From Octopus sinensis (lineage: Eukaryota), in NCBI RefSeq assembly GCF_006345805.1, contig NC_043001.1, positions 124,620,001-124,684,000 of the forward strand: DNA of 64,000 nucleotides. The letters run 5' to 3'. Within the stretch, counting starts at the first letter, position 1. Each line of letters begins with the position of its first letter. Of this stretch, positions 41,070 to 54,050 are shown piece after piece. Below the pieces are notes generated by a model, which saw only the letters and a list, made by a program, of their open reading frames with translations, was not told the DNA's origin and did not search any database. The translations under genes and the position numbers were made by a program.

Positions 41070-42176
41070 ATTGAGGAAATATCAACACTGGATAGGAGGA
41101 CGAGGAAGTTGATGACGCTGCATGTGGCGCTACACGCTAAAGCAAACGTGAACAGACTGTATATGGATAGAAAGGACGGTGGCAGGAGACTAATTAGTAT
41201 AGACTGTTGAATAAGCAGTGAAAGGAGAACGCTTGCCGAGTATTTGATAAATAGTGATGAAGACCTGCTGCAATATACCACGAAAGATATGGGTGTAAAT
41301 GCAGGTGAAATGATGGGCAAGGAAGAGTTTAACCAAAGAGCTGGGAAGAGAAATGAAGACCTCCTTGAAATGAGAATGCATGGACAGTTTGAAAGGAATA
41401 CACAAGACGTTAAGGATAATAGGGCATCGTTGGCATGATTTGAAGCATACCACCGAAAGCCTAATCATTGCTGCACAATACCAGGCTCTCGCTACCAATT
41501 CAGTGAAGTATAACATCTATAAAACTTCTGACACCCAGAAGTGGGAAAAGTACGGAAAATGTGACCCACTTGATAAGTGGATGTGAGAGCCTTGCACAAA
41601 AAGAGTACAAGCGCCGCCACGATAAAATGTATGTGTATCTTCATTGGCTCTTATGCCGTAAATATCAATATGAAGTAACAGAGAAATGATAGGAGCATGT
41701 ACCAAGTAAAGTTATGCAGGAGGATGGAAAAGTAACGGTACTCTGGGATTATGATCTTCAGACGGATCGTGTAATCGAACACCGTCGGCCAGATATTGTC
41801 CTATTGAGTAAAAGAGACAAATACTGTCCGGTCACTGATGTAGTCATACCAAATGGCATGAACGTTGTAAGTAAAGAGGTTGAAAAAATCACCAAGTACT
41901 CCGATCTGAAAGTGGAAATGGCAAGACTGTATGGAATGCGATAGGGTAATGTAAAAGTGATATCAGTGGTGACCGGAGCGTTGGACTCAATCCCATTGAA
42001 ACTTCAAGACTTCTTAAGGCAACTGGAAATCCCATGCAAGGTTGGTGTCTTGCGTAAAGTAGCCTTATTGGGCACATCTCACACCTTCAGGAAAGCTTTA
42101 TCTGTCTGAAGTCCTTGTTGTGACTTGACAGAAGACTAGACTCCGGTGCATTTTTACCTACACTGTGTTACGAAGG
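41070..42176 (+). mobile_element. 5'-truncated R4/Dong-type RLE non-LTR retrotransposon, copy 1 (decayed)
   Basis: EEISTLDRRTRKLMTLH..LYMDRKDGGR, TESLIIAAQYQAL, VLWDYDLQTDRVIEHRRPDIVL..D (RLE), then an (AAT)n tail. Confidence 0.88.
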
Positions 42177-42203
42177 AATAATAATAATAATAATAATAAT
42201 AAT

Positions 42204-42595
42204 TTCTACTATAGGCACAAGGCCTGAAATTTGGTGGGAGGGGATTAGTCGATTACATCGACCCCTGTTTTTCACTGGTACTTAATTTATCGACCCGGAA
42301 AGGATGAAAGGCAAAGTCGACCTCGGCGGAATTTCAACTCAGAACGTAGCAGCAGACGAAATACCTATTTTTTTACTACCCACAAGGGGCTAAACACAGA
42401 GAGGACAAACAAGGACTGACAAACGGATTAAGTCGATTATATCGACCCCAGTGCGTAACTGGTACTTATTTAATCGACCCCGAAAGGATGAAAGGCAAAG
42501 GCGACCTCGGCGGAATTTGAACTCAGAACGTAGCGGCAAGCGAAATACGTTACGCAATTCGCCCGGCGTGCTAACGTTTCTGCCAGCTCGCCGCC
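42204..42595 (-). mobile_element. SINE family A chimeric dimer embedded in (AAT)n
   Basis: Head plus unit 1, junction (g/a)aaata|ggtatttc at about 42365, then unit 2 with a different tail (cccctcccaccaaatttcaggccttgtgcctatagtagaaa). Confidence 0.85.
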
Positions 42596-42622
42596 TTAAT
42601 AATAATAATAATAATAATAATG

Positions 42623-42696
<74 letters not shown>

Positions 42697-42697
<1 letters not shown>

Positions 42698-43251
42698 CCC
42701 TGATGCAGTACCAGGCAGTGGCTCTCGTGGCTTCTGATCTTAACTGATTGGAAGTGTTATCATGTAAATTGTTTTTTGTTTTGGTATAAAACATGGGCTA
42801 CAACAAATATTCTGTTCAATACCACAGTTTTGCGTGTCAGTTATTTGACCATAACCATTTGAGCATGTCCCTTAGTGGCTGACGATATGTGCATCTCTGA
42901 TCACGAGCAAAAGAAGTGGGGGAGCATCATAGTCATGTGCTGAGAGGGATTCTTTGGGGGTTGAATAATTCATCTCTGGAAACATGGGTGTTTCGTTCAA
43001 CATCCTTAAACAACCCTTATTCAGGGACCTTTTGAGCGGGATGGGTTACACGACCAGAAGAAACTTCTAACTGGACCCCACTACAAGGTCTTGTGCTGTT
43101 TATCTTGATATGAGATCACCATGTTGCGCGCATATGGTTGTGATGCATGTGCCTGGTGTACCCTTATCAGATGGGTAGTCATGATGAGTATACTGGGCTT
43201 CGTATATTTTACCCCAGTGTCACTTTGATGGCATGCACTAGTCTCTCACTC
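42697..43251. mobile_element. Unclassified 555-bp non-coding element flanked on both sides by (AAT)n
   Basis: Sharp boundaries with pure (AAT)n at both ends. No ORF and no clear A/B box. Confidence 0.55.
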
Positions 43252-43282
43252 AATAATAATAACAATAATAATAATAATAATA

Positions 43283-43346
<64 letters not shown>

Positions 43347-43351
<5 letters not shown>

Positions 43352-44545
43352 AATAAGTAATCTTGACAGAAAAATACGAAAACTGTTGACAATGCATAGA
43401 ATGCACCACCCTAAGGCAGATACAGAACGACTTTATCTGCCAAGAAAAGAGGGAGGTCGTGGACTTTTACAACTAGCAATAACAATGAAGATTGCTACAA
43501 TTGGCCTAGACACCTACCTGAAAAACTCTGAGGACTGGATGTTAAAACAAGAAAGCATCATACTCAGTAACAAAACAGGCAAAGGAATATCTAAGTGAAT
43601 TCGAATACAACAAATTTCGGAATTAGAGATAAACATACAAGAAACAGGCACAGAAAAAGCTAAGCGCATGAAAACCCGTGCTAAATCTGCGGCCTTAGAT
43701 TCTGAATGATAAATGGCAAGAAAAACATCTCTATGGTAAATACCCAAAGAGAGCAAATAATGCAGATGTTGACAAAGCCCTGACCCATCAATGGCTAATG
43801 GCCTCTGGCTTAAAATCTGAAACAGAGGGGTTTATCATAGCAGCTCAAGATCAATGCCTACCAACAAGAAACTACCAGGCCAACATATTAAAGAACGGCA
43901 GTAGCCCAACATGTCGTGTATGCCGACAACAAAATGAAACCATTGATCATGTTGTCTCCAAATGCAGTCTTCTAGCGCCTACAGAGTACCTCAACAGGCA
44001 TGATAGAGCTGCACAATATATTCACTGGGTAATTTGCAAAAACCTGGATTTGCCCCATGCCTCCTCATTGATATAACTGTCCCGATCGATATAAACGTAT
44101 CTGTCAAGACCTACCAAAAACTGAGCAAATATAAAGATCTTGAAATAGAAATCAGCAAAATGTGGAACCTGAAGACTAAAACAATACCTGTTGTCATAGG
44201 TATCCTGGGAATGATAGCACAAGGGGCTGATAGCTACCTAACTCAGATACCAGGAAACCCAAAAATGGCAGAAATTCAAAAGATGGTGCTCATGGGAACT
44301 GCTCATATCCTACGCAAAATACTTTCTATGTAATCTCAAGGTTTAAAACAAACATAATTTTCGGTTTTAAAATAGAAAAATTTTTTTTTTTAGACATTCA
44401 TTAGTACAACACCCCCTCCCAAAAAAAATAAATATGGCACACTAGGCATAACAACAACATGAACTTTCAACCTGTTGTCTCTTGAGGTCTCTGGGTGAGA
44501 CTTGGAGCCAACTTGTACAAATATAAAGCAAAAGTCAAACATAGA
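43347..44545 (+). mobile_element. 5'-truncated R4/Dong-type RLE non-LTR retrotransposon, copy 2 (distinct family)
   Basis: HHPKADTERLYLPRKEGGRGL, LKSETEGFIIAAQDQCL, CRVC..ETIDHVVSKC, IDITVPIDIN..KLSKYKDL, IPVVIG. (AAT)n on both flanks. The PD segment is deleted. Confidence 0.9.
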
Positions 44546-44551
44546 ATAATA

Positions 44552-44589
<38 letters not shown>

Positions 44590-44639
44590 TAATAATAATA
44601 ATAATGATGATAATAACAATAATAATTTCAATTATTTGC

Positions 44640-45725
44640 CCCCAGAGGGAAGAATGAGGGGAATAATACAAAGACAGACATAATGTGTGGAAGTTTACAT
44701 ATAATGGAATGATAAAATAAAAAAAAATACATGGTATACATTAGAAGGGAAGTATACGTAGTATACGACACTAGATAAAGAGGGGAAGTGATTGTGAAGG
44801 GGTCTTGCTGATGCAGGAGAACCTCTAGTGATAATCAACGAACCCCACCATTCAAGATCACCCTAAATACCAAGGACAAGAGCAATCTCCAACTTCTTTC
44901 TACCGACTCACAATAGTACCACCCACTCTTGCCATTTTTGCAACTTTCACCGTCCTTTTCACAAATTCACTCGAGGACTGCACTTGCCTTTCCGCCCTCA
45001 CTTTTCTTTTCAAGTTTCACTCGATGAGGGCTTTACCAAAGAGGAATGTTTCTGTCCTCATTGCTTTAAGCCTCGTCCACCAGATAATTTCTTTCGCCAC
45101 AGCCACCAAACAAAGGAAAAGTGCCTTGCCAGCTCGATAAAAGGAGTGCTGCGGGGCAATCATCATTATGGACTCGGCTGACAGACGGACTTGTCCTCTG
45201 CACGACAGCAGCTGTTCGGCATAACTCCACAAGTCAGCAATGTCTGAATACTGAACGAATGCATGCGGAACGGTTTCGTCGCTCTGTGAGCACCTCGGAC
45301 AAGCCCGTCTGATATCACATCCGTGCCGGCAGAGTTTATCTCGAACCGGTAGCACTGCCAGACCAAAGACATCTGGAAATTATCCATAACAGCCGCCGAC
45401 CGTAATAGACTAGGGTCTCCCCGAGGACGTCGTCGCACTTCCCCGCTACTAATCATCTGTAAATATCTCAAGTGGAACATCTACCGATTCTATTGCCCGA
45501 CTTCTAGAGGACAGTGAGTGCTTGATGACATACTAAGTGCCAGCCGCCCAGTCCCAGCCAATCCTTTATCCAGGATTGCAGCTCCTTCAAACATACCAAC
45601 TGCGGAAAGGCGTGTCTTGCAAACGGAGACCACACACGTTCACCTTCTAGAAATCACTGAGTGCGTGTCTGCGCATAAAAAGCCATGACATGCCCAAGCC
45701 GCCATACAAACGAAGATGACTCCAA
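44640..45725 (-). mobile_element. Older, diverged Tx1-like LINE fragment with a different 3'UTR
   Basis: DNFQMSLVWQCYR, LPVRDKLCRHG..CPRCSQSDETVPHAFVQ, and a C-terminal VKVAKMARV. The 3' boundary is approximate. Confidence 0.75.
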
Positions 45726-46173
45726 ATGGTTGAACGGTAAAGTCGGACTCGGCGGGATATGAACTCAGAGTGTAAATAGAACTAATACTGAAAGACATCT
45801 TCTGACGCTCTAACGATTCGATAACAGAAAAATAATATATACAAATATATATACACTATTTTCCATCATCCGTTTAGTTGTTCCAATAGCCAACAAAACC
45901 TACTAAACAAAAAAACAAATGAGATGTTGGCAACAGTTTTTCATGAAATAAAAGATAAAAATGTATTGAATTCCCCAATAGAAATTTCGAAAAATTTTAA
46001 ATCTTTATTGAAGGCAAAAGAAATCTCATTGAAGGCAAAAAGAAATCACGGTGAATCATGGAAGTATTTTGTGCGTGTACCTGTGCCTGTGTCTGTACGT
46101 TCTCGCGTAAGTGTGTGTACAGGGAAAGAGCAAGGGAGGCAAAGAGATATATAGAGAGACAGAGAGAGAGAGA

Positions 46174-46220
<47 letters not shown>

Positions 46221-46525
46221 ATTAATTAAAAAATTGCGAAGATGTTGACACCGATTGCCTGTGTTGTTAGTGTGTTTCACCAACGATCATGGAGTTGTGT
46301 TCGATTTCTTGACCGGGTAACGCGATGCGTCCTTCAGTAAGATACTACACTTCATAATAATCCTCCCAACTCAAATGAAAGTATTATCAACCGAGGGATT
46401 GTGTAACTGTCTATTCCTCCAGGCCTGGGATCAAACTCGTAAGGTTCGAGTTTGATCCCATGGCTTGATCCCACGTCTACAGCTGTTCAGGACCAAAAAC
46501 CTTTAACAAATGTACATAGTATATA

Positions 46526-46730
46526 TTACGGAAATGTATTTGCATAGCAAGTGATTTGATCTGACATTGTGTGCTGAAACGAAAACAATTGCAGCGTGAA
46601 AGGTGTTTGTAAGCCATTTAAGAAACACACAAAAGCCGTTCGATTCACTTCAACATTTAAGTTTAATTTGTCAAAATATTTTCGTCGCTTTAAGACCGCG
46701 ACCTGTTCACTGACAAAAATCCGTGAGTAA
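46526..46730 (-). mobile_element. Short unclassified element with hammerhead-like topology (possible Penelope-like terminus)
   Basis: Minus strand: UUUGUCA GUGAACA G GUCGC-loop-GCGAC GAAA AUAUUU UGACAAA. Confidence 0.3.
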
Positions 46731-46735
46731 AAGGG

Positions 46736-47073
46736 TAAAGATCCTCTTCGGTCATGAATGACCATGGGATTGCACCTAGAAAGTTCCCCTCCAAGCCACA
46801 AGTTCGGGCGAGGTTGTATATGGAAGACCACCAATTGCCCATGCATACCAGTCTCCCCTCTCCACACCACTGATGTTAACCAAGGGAAATGCAAAGACCG
46901 ATACAGCTTGGCACTAGTGAGGTCGCAACTTATTTCTACAGCTGAGTGAACTGAAGCAACGTGAAATAAAGTGTCTTGCTCAAGAACACAACACACAGCC
47001 CGGTCTAGAAATCGAACTCGCTACTTTATGATTGGGAGCCCAACACTCTAACCACTGAGCCATGCGCCTTCAC
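46736..47073 (-). mobile_element. SINE family C (tRNA-derived)
   Basis: Head ggcgcatggctcagtggttagag (A box) and gagttcgattt (B box), followed by gtgttcttgagcaagacacttt. Confidence 0.75.
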
Positions 47074-47113
47074 ACTACTAAATCGCAATCGAATCTGAGT
47101 GATGGCCGTTGTA

Positions 47114-47154
<41 letters not shown>

Positions 47155-47983
47155 CGCGCGTGCATGTGTGTGTGTGTGTGTGTGTACGCACTTATAAGTA
47201 TATCTCTATGCGTGACCAGTTCGGTAGTTATGCAAATTACACATACATACACAAGCACATGCACACACACACACACGCACATACACAAACAAACGTTTAT
47301 GTGTGAATATCACACATATGTGTGCGTGTGTGTGTGCGTCCGTGTGCGTCCGTGTGCGTCCGTGTGTGTGTGTGAGTGTGTGTGTGTATCATACACACAT
47401 ATATTGCATTGGGATTATATGCATGCAACTGTGTATTGGATTATATTGTAGTTTGTATTGTACTGAGATATGTGTGTATGTGTGTGTAAGGAATTGTATA
47501 CGTAGTATGCGTGTATACGTGTGAATAGTAAGACGGAGAGAAATGTACTGCTACACAGATTGCGAAAAAACACGAATAAGAGCCATTGATCGAAATACAC
47601 GTACGCAAACACAGATACATACAATGATAAATTGAATAGACAGATACATAGGTATCACAATACAACACTATCGTTTGCTGTCATATATATTATAAATGTA
47701 ATGGAATCTGATAACTGCAATATATTTTTTACAAAAAAAATTATCATCTTCTTTTCTGCTGCTATATTTTCCTATCTTCTTTGTTTTTTCTTCACAATGA
47801 TTCTCTTTTTCTAACCCTTGTTATTTTTGCATCTGTCATTTCAAAAAATAGACCACGAAACTAAACAATGACTTGGTGAATTACGTCTTAGTATATCACT
47901 CTTTCTGACAGTCTTGTCTCATTATATCCGACTCTGTCATTTAATGTGGTTGTCTGTGTACGCATTACATGTGAAGAGAAATG

Positions 47984-48015
<32 letters not shown>

Positions 48016-48235
48016 ATATATATTGATAGATAGATAGATAGAGAGAGAGATATACATATATATGTATGTTTGTATGTATGTATTATGTATGTATGTATGT
48101 ATTATGTATATGCACACCTATATACGTATGATCTGTTCAAGCTTAGAGTGTGAATGGTTTCTTAAACGTAAATATCAAATAAATACATAAATGAATGTGT
48201 GTATGTGTCTGTATGTGTACAAACGTAACTATATG

Positions 48236-48273
<38 letters not shown>

Positions 48274-48338
48274 TATTACATACATACATCTATAGAAACA
48301 TATATATATATGTGTATGTGTGTATGTATGTATATATA

Positions 48339-48396
<58 letters not shown>

Positions 48397-48444
48397 TTAT
48401 ACACAGAGAGAGAGTAAGAGAGACAGACAGACAAAATGACAAAC

Positions 48445-48574
<130 letters not shown>

Positions 48575-49562
48575 AGGCACATGTATGTGAAGATGTGTTT
48601 AAGAATATATTGTCAATTATATACATTCATTCTCATAAAAACGTATTACATACATATATATACATATATATCAATACACACCTACACACGCATTAAGTAG
48701 AAAGAGGTTTTTTTTCAACATGTTAAATGTGAATGGAGTACATGCTTCTGTCTAGTAAATTCTGTTATTGTTGAAGATTCTCTTAGCTACACTCTTAACT
48801 CTGGAGAATTTTCAGAAATGGATTAAACTCAAAAAAATTCTATGAAATCATAACGATATTCTGTGCACAACAACACACGTAAGGAATTTCAAGGACAACA
48901 ACAACAACAACAGCAGCAGCAGCACCAACTGCAATTGTTTCATCAATAACTCAGTTGTCATCGTCGTCATCGTTAACGCCATTAACAGCAATAATAACTA
49001 CACAACAGCAAAACAAGAAAAAGGATGAGTACTATAATAGTATCTATGAGCGTGTGAAGAAAAATTGTCAAAAGATTTTCACTGTTGTTTATTATACAAA
49101 TATGAAATTTGAAAATTTAGCTAAATTGAATTTTAAGCATGAGATACTGAAATGCTAGACAACTATGATGTATCCCAAAGAGATGAAGCTATGCGGTGAT
49201 GAATTATTTTGAGACATGTGACGAAAAGAAGGAGAGAGAGAGAGACAGAGACAGGGAGACAGCGAGTAAGACAGAGAGGACAGGAAACAAAGAGAAGGAA
49301 AGACGTTGAGAGAGAGAAATATGAAGACCTAAGGAATGCGAAGCGGCATTTCGAAAAACCATACGATATATGAAAGCGCTTGTGTGGCTGTGTAGTTATG
49401 ACGCTAACTTCCCGAACATGAGATCTTGGGTTCAGTGCGCAGCTCCGTTGGGCATGTGCCTTCTTCTGTAATACCGAGTAGACTAAATAGCTTGTGAGTG
49501 GATTTGGGGAGACAAAACTCGAAAATCGCCCGTCACACGCGCACGTACGCACACACGCAGGC

Positions 49563-49665
<103 letters not shown>

Positions 49666-49932
49666 TCCTTATTACACACAGACGAACACAGAGGGGACAA
49701 ATACAATGTAGAGCTTTTCGAAAGAAAAAAGGAAGAGGAAAATAGAAAAAAGAGGAAAAAATTCCGATCAAAAGGGATCATGTATCACGGAACAGAGTTA
49801 AAATGTAAAAAACAGATTAGGTTTATCCGTAGAAAGAAAAAGCCGACGAAAAGGACCACGGTAACCTCAGGCAGGGAGGGAAAGCACATAAGAGTAAAGC
49901 GCTCTCTCTCTCTCTGTCTCTCTGTCTCTCTG

Positions 49933-50020
<88 letters not shown>

Positions 50021-51029
50021 TTGAATTTACAGGATTATGCTCAAAGTGATTTCGTCATTCGCGCATACCATCTTTGCTACATTTACCCCCCTTTTATTGA
50101 ATTTTTCATGAGACAAAACTTGCCTCTCTATTCTCACCTACCCTTTTCAAGTGGTACTTGAAAAAGTTGATGAGCGATTGGCCAGAGAGGAAAATGTTTG
50201 TCTCTAAACCTTTCGTTCGAGTTCACCACACACATTCTTTCACCATGGCCACCAGTACGATGAAAACTGCCTTGCCTTCCCGGTTAAGGGAAGGTGGTGG
50301 TACAATTTTCACGATAGACTCGGCCGATAACCGAATTCGTCCCACACGTGACAGCAGCCGTTCGGCATAAAGCCACAGGTCCGAAATGGTTGGACACTGC
50401 ACGAGTGCGTGCAGAACGGTTTCGTCGCTCCGACTGCATCTCGGACAAGTCGGTCCAATGTATCTTGAACCATGCCTATAGAGCTTATCCCGAACGGGAA
50501 ATGCTTCCCGATAGCACTGCCAGGCCAGGGATCTCTGATGATTGTCCATAGGTCCCGGCCCAAAATTTGTCCTGAACAAGCGGGTCAGGTGTTCCTTGTC
50601 GACGCCCATATTCTCCTCGAGAACGTCGTCGCACCTCCCCTCCACTGATCCTCTATAGAACACCTTCGTGGAATTGAAGTTTGGTCCTGGACGACAGAGT
50701 TGCTTGAAAGCAAGACGGCACTCGCGGCGCCATTCGCCTAGCCTCGATCTCTGATCAACGACTGCAGTTCGGTCAAAGAAACGAGCTGCGGGAAAGCGTG
50801 CCTCATAAACAGCGACCACGCCTTGTTCACCGTCGTCTATGAAGCGCCGGACATATCATAGTCTCAGCGCATGGATGCGCATCATCAACCACGGCACGCC
50901 CAGCCCTCCATTTTGCGGGTGATGACAGCAAATGGATCCCTTACCATCGGTAAGCTTCCCTTCCACGAAAAGCGGAAGATTATGCATCCCAGTTTGGTGA
51001 TGCTAGGATCGGGACAAGGCACGGCGGTC

Positions 51030-51031
<2 letters not shown>
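49666..51031 (-). mobile_element. 5'-truncated Tx1-like LINE (related subfamily)
   Basis: DNHQRSLAWQCYREAFPVRDKLYRHG..CPRCSRSDETVLHALVQC. 3' flank (TCTA)n, 5' flank (TCTG)n then (TCTA)n, and a (CT)n expansion in the 3'UTR. Confidence 0.9.
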
Positions 51032-51062
<31 letters not shown>

Positions 51063-51101
51063 GGCAGAGAGGCAGGCAGACAGACAGACAGACAGACAGA
51101 C

Positions 51102-51195
<94 letters not shown>

Positions 51196-51704
51196 ATAGA
51201 TGTGTGTGCGTGCGTGTGTGTGCATGTATTAATGTATGTGTAGGTATGAGTGTTGAGTGTCTTTGTGTTTATGTCTGTCCACAAATCAGTGGTGTTGATT
51301 TGTTTAGTTTTCGTCCAGTAGCAGTTCGCTAAAAGTGACAGATAGAATAAGTGCCAGGCTTAAAAATTTATTTACTGATGTCGAATTGCTCAAGTGATCC
51401 CTTCGAAGCTTGCCCCAGCATGGCCAAAGTTCAATGACTGAAAAAGATAAAAGATATATATCTTATACTGGAGACATAAATGCTTGAAGACAATGTTTTG
51501 GCAGAGACGAAGTAACGTGGATTTGTCTACTGGAATTACTTAGTAAGGAAGCCTCTAAGTAATCGTTTGACCCCTAGAAATCGCAACCAGGTTGCCGGTT
51601 GCCCCCAATTATATAGTACATAACCTTGAGGAGGTAATGATTCATTGTATAGTGCAGTCCTACATCTCAAAACTGCTACTGCAGAACTTCCAATTTTGGG
51701 ATTA

Positions 51705-52110
51705 GGCGCAGGAGTGTCTGTGTGGTAAGTAGCTTGCTTACCAGCCACATGGTTCCGGATTCAGTCCCACTGCGTGGCACCTTGGGCACGTGTCTTCTAC
51801 TATAGCCTCGGGCCGACCAATGCCTTGTGAGTGGATTTGGTAGACGGAAACTGAAAGAAGCCCGTCGTATATATGTATATATATATGTGTGTGTGTGTTT
51901 GTGTGTCTGTGTGTGTCCCCCCAACATCGCTTGACTACCGATGCTGGTGTGTTTACGTCCCCGTAACTTAGCGGTTCGGCAAAAGAGACCGATAGAATAA
52001 GTACTAAACTTACAAAGAATAAGTCCTGGGGGTCGATTTCCTCGACTAAAGGCGGTGCTCCTGCATGGCCGCAGTCAAATGACTGATACAAATAAAAGAG
52101 TAAAAGAGTA
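51705..52110 (+). mobile_element. Full-length SINE family B
   Basis: ggcgcaggagtg head through the aaaagagtaaaagagta tail. Confidence 0.9.
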
Positions 52111-52554
52111 TTATTTTTGAAAATTGTTTATTTTTGAAAATTTCTGTGAGTTATACATTGGTGACTACGAATAAGATTAAAAGAATTGTTGAAAAATTGA
52201 AAACTTAAACTTTAAATTCATCTCCCCGCTGGCGATATAAACAACAGTGCACTTTGCACCAAAAGCCAATATGAGAGTGTATCTTATGGAATCTATCACA
52301 GTATAGTTTGTTCTATCAGAACATCCAAGTTTTAAGTGGGAGTAACTATTATCTCTCAGTATTATTAATACTGATTCTGTTGCTAATAAATATTTCTTTT
52401 TAATGTCATTGTTTCACTGTCACCAACCATTTTGCAATCAGCGGTAACTTTTCATATTGACATTTTGGGTTGGGAAATAAATACGCGACATAATACGCAT
52501 AATACATACACAGAAACACAGACGTGTGTTCGTGTGTGTGTGTGTTCGTGTGTA

Positions 52555-52585
<31 letters not shown>

Positions 52586-53019
52586 AATATTTTTTCCAAT
52601 CTGGAAAACCTAACACCAAGTTGGTGTCGTTAGCGCGTCGGTAAGAACACTTAACGTTATTTTCTTCCGGTTCAACGTTCCGAGCTGAACCTCACACGAG
52701 GTAAACTTTGCCTTCAATTCTTTTGCGATCAATAAGATGAAATAGTAGTGAAGTACTGGCGGAGCCGATGTAAATTGGCTTGTCCCGTCCTCTCAAAATT
52801 GCTGTCTTTCTGCAAAAATTACAAACTTATAAAACCATGAAATCAGCACCGTACGGCAATTTATGGATAATTTAGGATGTACGGTGTATATTTTAAATAG
52901 GCATACAATTTCTTTAGAGCTGTAGTGAAAAATTTAACTTATCAGAGCAAGATTTATTAAAACGCTATAAATACCTTGCATTCAAAATCATTTGGGTGTG
53001 TATAAACTTGCACATAATA

Positions 53020-53085
53020 CATACATACATAATCACACTCACACATACATACATACATATATACATACATGCATACATACATACA

Positions 53086-53121
<36 letters not shown>

Positions 53122-53527
53122 TGCATACGTACGTACATACGTATATACATACATACATACATACATGCCTGCATACATAGATACATACATACATATATAC
53201 ATACATACATATATACATACATACATACATACATACATACATACATACATGCATACGTACGTACATACGTATATACATACATACATACATGCCTGCATAC
53301 ATAGATACATACATACATATATACATACATACATACATATATATACATACATACATACATACATACATGCATACGTACGTACATACGTATATACATACAT
53401 ACATACATACATACCTGCATACATAGAAACATACATACATATATACATACATACATATATACATACATACATACATACATACATGCATACATACATACAT
53501 ACATACATACATACATACATACATACA

Positions 53528-53557
<30 letters not shown>
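53020..53557. repeat. (CATA)n array with a ~120-130-bp higher-order repeat
   Basis: The variant block gcatacgtacgtacatacgtatatac recurs at about 53123, 53251 and 53369. Confidence 0.9.
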
Positions 53558-53558
<1 letters not shown>

Positions 53559-54050
53559 CTCAATGATTTGGGATTGAGGAGAGAAACTGTGCAGAGTTCT
53601 GGAAATTAGCTGCCCAGCGGATGTTAACATAAAGCTGAAGATTAGTGGAAAAGAGAACACCAATGCAAGTTCAGGTTTATACCTGTAATTATTGGGGCTC
53701 TGGGATATGAAACACACTGCCTAAATACCAATCTTGAGGAATTAGGCTTCTCAAAACCAGAAAGGAGAAAGCTAATTCGAAGACAATAGATCAAATTCAT
53801 CACTGGAACTGTAAAAATCTGTAAAACTTTCCAGAAGTTAATAATTTAAGTATATATGAGCATGTCTAGACATGCAACTATACGCATGAGAATGCATACA
53901 TAAAGCAAAACATACAAATCTGTATATATACATACATACAAAAATGCCCTGTTGAGGTTGTTGAAATTCCAATGAAGGAGCATTGGATCTAGATTAGATA
54001 TCGGCTCTTTCTCTGTTGGCAAGAACTCTTGAAATAAAACTGAATAATAA
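53558..54050 (+). mobile_element. 5'-truncated RLE-type (R4-like) non-LTR retrotransposon in (CATA)n
   Basis: MIWD*GEKLCRVLEISCPADVNIKLKISGKENT, then after a deletion/frameshift KFRFIPVIIGALGY..GTVKICKTFQKLII*. Followed by a 3'UTR, with (CATA)n on both sides. Confidence 0.8.

Noticed and set aside
40634-41320. Poly-K/R/E/L/S ORFs
   Set aside because: Translations of the (AAG)n/(AAC)n array and the antisense strand of Dong copy 1.
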